From: Leptonemataceae bacterium
GTDB lineage: Bacteria > Spirochaetota > Leptospiria > Leptospirales > Leptonemataceae
Assembly (NCBI GenBank): GCA_965227295.1
Contig: OZ245742.1
Location: forward strand, 1,280,001-1,344,000
Direction: 5' to 3'
DNA length: 64,000 nucleotides
In this document: positions 18,450-26,759 of the stretch, piece by piece
How positions within the stretch are numbered: position 1 is the stretch's first letter
How the letters are laid out: every line of letters begins with the position of its first letter
Made by a program: the position numbers and the translations under genes
The notes under the pieces: model-generated
Databases searched by the model: none
The model's input: only the letters and a program-made list of their open reading frames with translations
What the model was told of the DNA's origin: nothing

Positions 18450-19415
18450 CTATCTCCGGGACAGAATTTTCGCGATCCGATTGACGAGATATTGATCGAA
18501 GTCCGGGTGATTGGCGATTTCAAAGAGTTCGGCTCTGCCAGCGATATGCATTCTGAAGGATGCAAGGAACTCCTGCAAACTATCGGGCTTGCTACTGTTT
18601 ATATATCCGATAATACCGTTTATTGATTGTATTGCCTTGCGGGCTCGCTCCTCGGGGTAGAAATTATACACTATGCCTTCCAGGATCTCTTTCGGGTCCT
18701 GGCCGGTCGGCGGGATCGGCGACTCTTCGTAGGATCCAAATCTCCAGAAATAGACATCGTAATAGATGGATTCTATAATGTCGTGATCGGATGAAAACTC
18801 AGAATAATATCCAGGATCTAAGAACTCGCGATCTCTCTGGATATAGCACTGGGTCCCGGGCGAGCGAAAATTACCGATGATCCGTTTCGTCTTGTCCGCG
18901 ACAACGATCAATACCCCGGAAGGAAGTTCTCTGTAGAGCGCGATAACCGCGGCATGCAGCGAAATTCCGGCCTGTTTCTGAATCGTTTCCAATGCGGATC
19001 GCAGGTTTTCTTTTGCGAGACCCTGAATCCATTCCAGTGGCGCCAGCAATTCAGAAGCGAATCGATTTGCTTCCGCCTCCATAGCGTTATATATGTGCGC
19101 ATTGCCGATGTGGTTCCACGAATCGGTGTGGCAGCAAATCGTGCCGACGTGCCAGGGGATGAATAAGTGTCCGAGTTCGTGGGCTATTGTGAAGCGCTTT
19201 CGTGTTCTTGGAATGGTCGTATTGAGAATGATCTCCGGTTTCTCGTGACCCGTGTCTGCGCCGACTATGATCGCGTCGACATGGAAGGGAATAACGATCT
19301 CCTTGATCCTTGCGAAGCGGCGTGCGAAAGCAAAGATATCGACCGCTCGATTGTACTGGTATCTTTCCCGGACTCTCCTTGCGATAGCAAGTTCCGCCCG
19401 TAAATCAGTATCCAT
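18450..19415 (-). CDS. ImmA/IrrE family Zn metallo-endopeptidase (no N-terminal HTH)
   Basis: RKRFTIAHELGH (HExxH) and EAEANRFASELLAP. Confidence 0.88.
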   Translation of the reverse strand: MDTDLRAELAIARRVRERYQYNRAVDIFAFARRFARIKEIVIPFHVDAIIVGADTGHEKPEIILNTTIPRTRKRFTIAHELGHLFIPWHVGTICCHTDSWNHIGNAHIYNAMEAEANRFASELLAPLEWIQGLAKENLRSALETIQKQAGISLHAAVIALYRELPSGVLIVVADKTKRIIGNFRSPGTQCYIQRDREFLDPGYYSEFSSDHDIIESIYYDVYFWRFGSYEESPIPPTGQDPKEILEGIVYNFYPEERARKAIQSINGIIGYINSSKPDSLQEFLASFRMHIAGRAELFEIANHPDFDQYLVNRIAKILSRR

Positions 19416-19736
19416 CTATTTCAAATGACCGGACTGCTTTAACCAGTCGAATAAGCTCCTGGCTTCCTCTGGAGAGGCCGCACGGGCTGCGATTTGCTGG
19501 CCACTATGTTGATGAACAATATCGTCGAAGGGGATGCCGTTTTGTCGTGCGAAGAGAATGTAACGCAGGAAATCCGGCCGTTCCACCCAGTAACCGTACT
19601 CCATCTCATTCATACCGAGAAACTCGTGCAGCTTAAGACTGGAGTCGGATTCGTGCCACTCGTCAATTGCGTCATCGATTTCATCGGCCAAAAAGCGGCC
19701 TTCCAGGCAGGATTGTACGAAATTTTTATACATCAA
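19416..19736 (-). CDS. Small acidic hypothetical protein, candidate immunity/antitoxin
   Basis: GGGAGG RBS; start overlaps upstream toxin stop; stop abuts ImmA ATG; IDDAIDEWHES...HEFLGM..EY..W. Confidence 0.7.
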   Translation of the reverse strand: MMYKNFVQSCLEGRFLADEIDDAIDEWHESDSSLKLHEFLGMNEMEYGYWVERPDFLRYILFARQNGIPFDDIVHQHSGQQIAARAASPEEARSLFDWLKQSGHLK

Positions 19737-19956
19737 GAGTCCTCCCTTTCACAGCTTCTTTGATAAAATGCCCTGTGATCGCGTCCAGGCTGCCCAGGTG
19801 CTTTCCCCTTTTGTTAAAGGCTTCTATTTCTCCGTGCTGAGAATCCCACGTAAAATAACGATCATGGCGGGGGGAGCGCCAGACCTTCCGCCCCTCTCGA
19901 ATGCCGAAATACTCGCAGTTCGTAAAAAGAAAGCAATTATCCGGCGGTACGCGCAA
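19726..19956 (-). CDS. Stand-alone colicin E3-like cytotoxic ribonuclease domain
   Basis: RKVW...YFTWDSQHGEIEAFNKRGKHLGSLDAITG matches the colicin E3 C-terminal IYEWDSQHGELEGY...GQHLGSFDPKTG, keeping the Asp/His/Glu residues; TTG start, in-frame stop upstream at 20008-20010. Confidence 0.8.
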   Translation of the reverse strand: MRVPPDNCFLFTNCEYFGIREGRKVWRSPRHDRYFTWDSQHGEIEAFNKRGKHLGSLDAITGHFIKEAVKGRTLDV

Positions 19957-20148
19957 AATAGACCAGAGTCCCCGGGGTACAAGCGTATTTTTTGACCCCT
20001 TGTACCATCACCGCGACATATTTTCTCAAAAAGTGACGGGCGGATGAATTGTACCAGTGCTTTTTTGAATTTTTCTCAAACTCCCGCGCCCCTCGTACCA
20101 CCATGGAAAAACAATTGCCGCAAAGCCCGCCCCGGGATTCCGGAGCAT

Positions 20149-22761
20149 ATGACCGCATTCCTGAAGGACTGGCCGTTCGATCGGCGCATGCGTCTGCTCG
20201 GCGCCTACTTCCTCATCTACGTTGCTCTGCTTACTGTAAACCGTCTCATCTTCACGCTCGCCTACGCGTATCGTCTGGAAGATGAGCCGTTCACGAACGT
20301 CCTGCTCGCCTTCGCCATCGGTCTGCGTTTCGACGGTTCCGCGGCGGCCACGCTCATCGCCCCGTTCTTTTTGCTGGCGAGTGTGAACTTCTTAAATCGC
20401 TTCGCCGTGTATCGTTCCGTATGGAGCTTCGGTCCCATCGTCGTGCTGGTGGGAGTCATCGCGCTTTGCGTCGCCGATCTCATCTACTACGAGAACGGCA
20501 ACAAACACATCGGCTACGAGGCCTTCGCCTTTCTCGGCGACATCGGCCTGCTGTTCGGTTCCGCGCTGAGCCAGGATCCGTTGCGTGTCGTCGGTGGATT
20601 GCTGGCGCTCGGCCTGGTCATCGGCGGTGCTGTCTATCTCTACGCGCGTTACGTTCGCACGGAGTACGTCCCCGAGCGCATCGGCAAGGGCATCGGCCGT
20701 TTCGTGGTGTTGACCCTGCTGCTGATCATCGCGTTTCGCTCCGGATTGCAGGAGCGCATCATGCGTGCCGGGGAAGCCATCATCTCGCAGAATGATTTTT
20801 TAAACAACGTCGGCCTCAATCCGGTGTTCACCACGGTGGCGGATCTACGCAGCTTCTCCGTACCGGACTATCAGACCATGCCTCTCGATGAGGCCGTTTA
20901 CCTCGTGCGCCGGGAACTGGATTACGAAGGGGCAAGCTTCGTAAGCGACGAGTATCCCTTGCTGCGCAAGACCGCAACGACGCGCAACGGTCGCCCGCCG
21001 AACATCGTGCTCATCCTCATGGAAAACTGGACCGGTAAGTTCATCAAACCCATCGGCGGCGGCATGGTGGACGGCAAAGAAGTGACTCCGCGTTTCAATC
21101 AACTGGCCAACGAAGGTGTCTTCTTTCGAAACTTTGTGGCCACCGGCGGGCGCACGACGAGCGGGTTATTGGCCACGCTGACGGGTATGCCGGAAAAACC
21201 GGGCCTCACTGTTTTTCGTACGCACCACGTCGTGGGTACCTTTCGCGGCCTGCCGGAAATTTTGCGCGAGCTGGGTTACCATACCCTCTTCGTAACCGGC
21301 GGTCCGCTGGAGTTTACGAACAAGATCAACATCCTGCCGCAGTGGGGATTCACGGAAGTCCTGGGTCGTCGTCACATGGCGAAGATGGGCGATTACGAGG
21401 CCGACGCCTGGGGTTACTACGATGAAGACATCTTTCGTGTGTTCCGGGATCGCCTGTCCGCCCTGCACGCCGAGAATCCCGATCGTCCTTTCTTTGCCGT
21501 GGCGGAGTCACTCACGACGCACTATCCCTACGAGTTGCCCCACGAACGCTTCGCCATCTTCGACGACAGCACGCGGGACTACGAATTCCTGAACGTCTAT
21601 CACTACTCCGACTGGGCCCTGGGCGAACTCATGGACCGCCTGCGCACGGAGCCGTACTTCGACGACACCCTCTTTGTAATTATGGCGGATCATACTCACC
21701 ACCGCTATCTCAATTATTACGAGGACCGGCAAATCCCCGCCCTGTTCTATCAACCGTCTCGCCTGCGTCCCGAGGTGCGGGAACAGATCGCCACCCAGAC
21801 CGATCTCATTCCCACGCTGTTGAGCATGGTCGGGAAAGAAACCTACTTCTCCGCCATGGGCCGGGATCTCTTCGCGCCGGACATCAGCGAGTCGGCGTAC
21901 TTCGTCCACGGAAACTACTTCGGCTGGATCGAGAAGGATATCTTCTATTATCAGCTAACGGACGCGCTCTTCGGCGTCGGCTACAAACCCGACGAAACCG
22001 ATTTCGAAAAACCGCCGTGCGTCAGCGAACGCGGCGACTGTGACGTCTATCAACGCAAGAGCCTCGCGTTTCTCAATGCGAGCAATCGTCTCATCGATGC
22101 CAATCGCGTGTATCCGCCGGCGACGACGGACGGCCCGGAGCCTGTCGCGGCGAAAGACCTGGAACGGACGGGGTGTCCGGTGCACTCCGGAATTCTGGAG
22201 CGGGACCTGGAAGCCCGGGCCCTGGCGTTCGAAGCAGTGCGGGAAGCGGCGCGCTCTCCCTGGATTCCGCGTGCCACCGTGATCAACCAAATGTTAACAT
22301 ACATTCCGCCGACGAAGTCTGCACGCCGGGAGACGGCGGCCGCGTACTACGACAGCCAGTACTTTAAAGATGCCCGCGCCCGGCGTCCGGTGCGACCGAC
22401 CCGGCGTGAAGAGCAGGGCGTGGGCGCGGAACAACGTTCCGACGTCGGCGTGCATCTTTTGAAAATGGCCCCGGACTATCGTAGCGCCGAAGTCATTATG
22501 CGCATTGAAACGATCATCGAGAATCCGGAGGCCCTGGCGCTTGTACGGGAACGGGAGCAGGCCATGCTGGAGCGCGCGGCCCAACGGAAGGCGGACGACG
22601 CATCCACGGATGACGGGAGCGAATCGGCAAAGACACCCATGGTCCACCAGGATGTGCGCATGGGTCTCTCCCGATGGAAGCGCCACGACTGTCGTTGGTA
22701 TCCGGACCTGCCGGTGGGCAAGAACACGCAGGCGGGCAAACCGTCCGGGCCGCGGCCTTAG
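20149..22761 (+). CDS. LTA synthase/sulfatase-family membrane protein with C-terminal extension
   Basis: N-terminal TMs with GLRFD, PNIVLILMENW, GGRT(T) nucleophile, TTHYPY, ADH; start trimmed to ATG 20149 (GGAG RBS). Confidence 0.85.
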   Translation: MTAFLKDWPFDRRMRLLGAYFLIYVALLTVNRLIFTLAYAYRLEDEPFTNVLLAFAIGLRFDGSAAATLIAPFFLLASVNFLNRFAVYRSVWSFGPIVVLVGVIALCVADLIYYENGNKHIGYEAFAFLGDIGLLFGSALSQDPLRVVGGLLALGLVIGGAVYLYARYVRTEYVPERIGKGIGRFVVLTLLLIIAFRSGLQERIMRAGEAIISQNDFLNNVGLNPVFTTVADLRSFSVPDYQTMPLDEAVYLVRRELDYEGASFVSDEYPLLRKTATTRNGRPPNIVLILMENWTGKFIKPIGGGMVDGKEVTPRFNQLANEGVFFRNFVATGGRTTSGLLATLTGMPEKPGLTVFRTHHVVGTFRGLPEILRELGYHTLFVTGGPLEFTNKINILPQWGFTEVLGRRHMAKMGDYEADAWGYYDEDIFRVFRDRLSALHAENPDRPFFAVAESLTTHYPYELPHERFAIFDDSTRDYEFLNVYHYSDWALGELMDRLRTEPYFDDTLFVIMADHTHHRYLNYYEDRQIPALFYQPSRLRPEVREQIATQTDLIPTLLSMVGKETYFSAMGRDLFAPDISESAYFVHGNYFGWIEKDIFYYQLTDALFGVGYKPDETDFEKPPCVSERGDCDVYQRKSLAFLNASNRLIDANRVYPPATTDGPEPVAAKDLERTGCPVHSGILERDLEARALAFEAVREAARSPWIPRATVINQMLTYIPPTKSARRETAAAYYDSQYFKDARARRPVRPTRREEQGVGAEQRSDVGVHLLKMAPDYRSAEVIMRIETIIENPEALALVREREQAMLERAAQRKADDASTDDGSESAKTPMVHQDVRMGLSRWKRHDCRWYPDLPVGKNTQAGKPSGPRP

Positions 22762-22772
22762 CGCGGCAACCG

Positions 22773-23720
22773 TTAATCGATGCGTAAGATCTGATTGCCG
22801 GCACTTACGTAGAGGTCGTCGTCGACGGGGACCAGTCCGGCGGCGTTCGTAATCGTGGTGGAAAAGGGAAAGAACACAAAGCCGCGCCGTCCACCGAGAG
22901 ACATACGATACAGGTTGTTTACGCCGGCCGCATATACTCTTACGCCGTCGGTGGTGAGATGAGTCAACGTATCCTCGCTTACTTCAATGTCCGGGTCCGT
23001 GTCACGGTAGGCCTCGTCCAGGGCGTAGGCCCGCAATCGGCTGCCGCCCTCGTAAATCCAGAACAGGGCGTTGCCGTTCGTCGTCAGGTCCACGCCGTTG
23101 TGGATGCCCGACACCAGCAACTCGGCCGAACCTCCGTCCCGGGGGACGGTCACGACGCGGTCCGCTTCAAGGACAAAGATGCGATCGAGATCCAGCGCGA
23201 CAGCCCGGACGTCGGTGAAACCCGAGGCGAGTTCGATGATGTTGCCCGTAAGCACATCCACCCGGACCAGGGTCTGGTTGGAAAGCAGAGCATACACGTA
23301 TTGACTGCTGCTCGTGATGCTGAGGGGGGTGGCTGCAAACGTGGCGACGGATACGACCTGAGACGTGCGAATGTCCGCGCGACGAAGCCGCAGGTTGTCC
23401 TGGTCGGCGATGTAAAGACCGTTGCAGTCCGTGCTGATGTCACCCGGATGGCCGAAGCTGGCGGCTGTCGCAATGCCGTCCAGGTTGCCCGCCATGCTGC
23501 TGCCGACGAAGACCGACGCCGCCGGTTGCAGCCGAATCGCTTGCATTTCCTGGCCGTTGATTAGATTGCAGGTGATGGAATCGAGGTAGACGGCGTAGCC
23601 GCCCAGAAAGAGCAGAGCGTTGACCTCGTCATCGCTGCTCGCCTGGCTCCGGCAGGAGCCGATGAGGCTCAGGCAAACGAGCAACGTGAGTCGCATAAGG
23701 CCGTTGATTCTGCGGTTCAT
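22773..23720 (-). CDS. Putative lipoprotein, NHL/beta-propeller-like
   Basis: Lipobox LIGSC; G.LDG..TAASF.HPGDI, repeated LTT(N/D)G...Y blades. Confidence 0.6.
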   Translation of the reverse strand: MNRRINGLMRLTLLVCLSLIGSCRSQASSDDEVNALLFLGGYAVYLDSITCNLINGQEMQAIRLQPAASVFVGSSMAGNLDGIATAASFGHPGDISTDCNGLYIADQDNLRLRRADIRTSQVVSVATFAATPLSITSSSQYVYALLSNQTLVRVDVLTGNIIELASGFTDVRAVALDLDRIFVLEADRVVTVPRDGGSAELLVSGIHNGVDLTTNGNALFWIYEGGSRLRAYALDEAYRDTDPDIEVSEDTLTHLTTDGVRVYAAGVNNLYRMSLGGRRGFVFFPFSTTITNAAGLVPVDDDLYVSAGNQILRID

Positions 23721-23745
23721 AAAGCGTCCTCAATAAGATTACGTA

Positions 23746-25452
23746 GTGCAATCGGATGGCAATGAAAAAAAACCGGCGCCGGATTCCCGCGTGAATCTGG
23801 CGCACACTGTATTGAGAGATGCGCTCGATGCAAAAGGTTTCGCCGAATTTACCGTTCGGGGCGAAAGCATGTATCCGTTGCTTCGTCCCGGGATGACGAT
23901 CCGCGTTGTTCGCTGTGCGGAGAAAGATCTGCGCGTGGGAGACATCATCATCTTCCGCAGCCGCGACGATCTTCTGGCACATCGAATCGTCGCAAAGCAT
24001 GGCTCCTCCCTCTGGATCGCAAAAGGGGATAATACCTTCATTTCGGACGACCCCGTCGCTTTCGAGGAGATCCTCGGCCGGGTCATCGCCGTCGCCGGGG
24101 AGGAGTACATCTACGGTTCTCGCGACGTGATGCTTGCGCGGCTCTCGCACCGTCAGGGTCGCATCGTTTCCGAACTGCGTTCTCGCAGCGAACGCCGACG
24201 ATCGTCGACCGGCCGGCGCGTGAAACGCGAGAACGTCCTGGCCTGGCCGCTGCGCCTGGCGTTGCGTCCGTATCTGTGGTTGGTGCGTCTCATCGCGGCC
24301 GGACATCCGAACCGCGACGGCGGGCGCCTGCCCATGGACGACACAGTCGACATACATCCGGGCACGCTGCAAATGGTTCGCCGTCGTGCCGCGGTCGCCG
24401 GCCGGCCCGCCACGGATTTGAGCTGGGTCGCCGTGGATCCGTTGATCGGTTTTCTGGGCGATGCGTTGCGAACTTCACCGCCGCGACCGGAACGCCTGGC
24501 GAAGTACATGCAGACCTGGAACGCCGCGGTGCGGGCGCTGCGTTGCCTGGCGGACGCAAACATTCAGACAATCATCTTTAAGGGCCTGGTCTTCGCGGAA
24601 GAACTCTACGACAGCCCGTTGCATCGTCCCATGCGTGATGTGGATTTGCTCGTGCGCCCGGACGACTTCGCGGCGGCGTGTCGCTGTTTGTCGGCCGCGG
24701 GTTTTATGATTCATGACGACTTTCCGGAGCGGCGCCCCCATGCGGTTTCGGACGCGGAAGTTTTCCCGGCGGATGCGTGGGCGCCGGGAGAGCTGACCTT
24801 CGTCGATGAGCGCGGAGTGGAGATCGATCTGCACTGGCATCTGATTCCGGAACACTGGCTACGCCCATGCCGTAACATACTTTTAGATGAAGTCTGGCGA
24901 GACGCTCGCCCCTTTCAATTCGAAGGCGGCAGTGTCTGGACCATGAGTGACGTACATACGGCCGCGTACCTGACGTTGAATCTGAGCCGCAACGCTTATC
25001 GTTCTTTATTCGCGTACCTGGATCTGGATCGATTGTGGCGCCGGCAGGGCCGTGACTTCGCGCAAGAGTTCTTCGATACGTGTCGGCGCTGGCGCATTCG
25101 CATCGCCGCGGATTATGCCCTTCGTTACTTGAAGTATTTGTGCGACACTCCGGTACAGATTTCGCGGCGACTGCGCCTGCGTCCGGGTCTGCCGCGGCCG
25201 GTTCGTCTCTTAAAAGATTCGCGACGCTGGCGCAGTGACGGTTACATGTACTTCGTGCAACTGGCGACACTGGACCGGCTGCGCGACGCCCTGGGCGTCA
25301 TCGTGCGGTTGGTTCTTCCTCCGCGCGGTTGGTTGCGACGACGCTACGGTGAGCGGGCTTCGTTCGTCCATCACTGGAGGCACGTCTTTCGTGCTTTGAC
25401 GGAACGGCGGACGAACTCAGGGAATGCGGACGGAACCGATGGGACTCGTTGA
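23746..25452 (+). CDS. Fusion: S24/S26-family peptidase + nucleotidyltransferase (NTP_transf_5-like)
   Basis: N-terminal VRGESMYPLL.PG...GDIIIF...HRIV...KGDN; C-terminal FKGL...LY..P..RPMRDVDLLV and IDLHW. Confidence 0.82.
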   Translation: MQSDGNEKKPAPDSRVNLAHTVLRDALDAKGFAEFTVRGESMYPLLRPGMTIRVVRCAEKDLRVGDIIIFRSRDDLLAHRIVAKHGSSLWIAKGDNTFISDDPVAFEEILGRVIAVAGEEYIYGSRDVMLARLSHRQGRIVSELRSRSERRRSSTGRRVKRENVLAWPLRLALRPYLWLVRLIAAGHPNRDGGRLPMDDTVDIHPGTLQMVRRRAAVAGRPATDLSWVAVDPLIGFLGDALRTSPPRPERLAKYMQTWNAAVRALRCLADANIQTIIFKGLVFAEELYDSPLHRPMRDVDLLVRPDDFAAACRCLSAAGFMIHDDFPERRPHAVSDAEVFPADAWAPGELTFVDERGVEIDLHWHLIPEHWLRPCRNILLDEVWRDARPFQFEGGSVWTMSDVHTAAYLTLNLSRNAYRSLFAYLDLDRLWRRQGRDFAQEFFDTCRRWRIRIAADYALRYLKYLCDTPVQISRRLRLRPGLPRPVRLLKDSRRWRSDGYMYFVQLATLDRLRDALGVIVRLVLPPRGWLRRRYGERASFVHHWRHVFRALTERRTNSGNADGTDGTR

Positions 25453-25902
25453 ACAGGAGTCGGCCGCGTCCGTGTCTGTCGGGCAGGCTTCGTAGAGTTT
25501 CAGGGTGCCCCCGTGTTCCGCGAGCATGCCGGCGGAAACCGTAATCAGAATGGTGTGTCGATCGCCGGCGGCCACTTCCAGTTCCAGCGGCTGGGCGTAC
25601 TCTTCGTCTCCTCGCGGGTTTTGTAAGAGCAGGGGCGCGGGCCGGTCGTCGATCCAGGCGCGGATTTCTTTCAGTAAAATGATTTCATGAAAGCGCCCCG
25701 GGTTCTCCACTTCTATGCGTCCGACTTCCACGGCCGCCGATCGATCCGGCGGCACGGTCACCGCCTGGCGAAACAAGAATCGGGCGCGCGCCCGTCCGTC
25801 GTCTAATGTTGTACCAAAGAATATTAACGCAACAAAGAATGCCGTGATTCCGGCGCTCCAGAGAAGAGCCATTGTAGTCACGGAAGCACGGATGGTACTC
25901 AT
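25417..25902 (-). CDS. Hypothetical membrane-anchored protein
   Basis: ATG 25902 overlaps methyltransferase TGA (ATGA); N-terminal TM helix. Confidence 0.55.
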   Translation of the reverse strand: MSTIRASVTTMALLWSAGITAFFVALIFFGTTLDDGRARARFLFRQAVTVPPDRSAAVEVGRIEVENPGRFHEIILLKEIRAWIDDRPAPLLLQNPRGDEEYAQPLELEVAAGDRHTILITVSAGMLAEHGGTLKLYEACPTDTDAADSCSTSPIGSVRIP

Positions 25903-26735
25903 GATGCCGCGCCTGTCAGGGCGAAGTGCACCTGCTCGACGGCCGGGGCGAGGGCGCCCTCTTCGACGTCGACAATGTGCAGGCCGGCCGCGGCGAACTC
26001 GGCTTCGACTTCCGCGCGGTTCCGGAAGTAGTGAATGAACTCCACTCGAAAATGATCGCCGGACTGCACGGCCGTGTTGCCGAAGCTCAGGCAAGCGAGC
26101 GCCTTTTTCCACGCCATGAAGCGCCGACCGATCCCCGGGCCGATGTAGGCCGAGAGCACGATCACGCCGGATTCTCGTAACATTCGTTTACACTTTCTTA
26201 AGAGGTCCTCCCGGTGGCGTCGCCCGGGTATGCACGAGTACATGCCCGGAGAAATGATGACAACGTCGTAGAGCGGGGCGTCGGCATCATCCGGAAAGGC
26301 CGCGATGTTTTTGTCGAAAGGAACGACGCCGCGTTCGAAGTGAGCGCGGTCACCGAAACTCTGCGTATTTTGCCGCGCGCTTTCGAGGATGGCCGGGATG
26401 CCCTCGACGCCGGTGACGTGAAAGCCATGGTCGAGGAGCACCAGGGCCTCCCGGCCGCCGCCGCAAAAAAGGTCCAGGGCTTGCGGCGGCGCGGACTTGC
26501 TCCGGCCCCGGGCAATGGGAAAGACCCGGCGTTCGTACATAAGCCGTTCGCCCTCGGAAAGAAAACCGCTCCGATTCATGGCCGGCCCCTGCCAGACCGC
26601 GGCATGGCCGCTGTAGAGTCCGGCGCTGAACCGGGAGAGCCGGTCCGGTGGTAGAATGCAGAGCGTGGTCACGTCGACGGCGTTGCGGACGACGGTGGCG
26701 ATCTTGCGTAGAATGCGTACCAGAAGAATCTTCAT
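25899..26735 (-). CDS. Class I SAM-dependent methyltransferase
   Basis: Motif I LDLFCGGGREA, VTGVE, YDVVI, MLRESGVIVL. Confidence 0.82.
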   Translation of the reverse strand: MKILLVRILRKIATVVRNAVDVTTLCILPPDRLSRFSAGLYSGHAAVWQGPAMNRSGFLSEGERLMYERRVFPIARGRSKSAPPQALDLFCGGGREALVLLDHGFHVTGVEGIPAILESARQNTQSFGDRAHFERGVVPFDKNIAAFPDDADAPLYDVVIISPGMYSCIPGRRHREDLLRKCKRMLRESGVIVLSAYIGPGIGRRFMAWKKALACLSFGNTAVQSGDHFRVEFIHYFRNRAEVEAEFAAAGLHIVDVEEGALAPAVEQVHFALTGAAS

Positions 26736-26759
26736 AGAATTCGATGAGTGCGTTCGTTT

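Noticed and set aside
18390-20040. Prophage or ICE around the ImmA gene
   Set aside because: No integrase, repressor, structural genes or flanking att-like direct repeats were seen.
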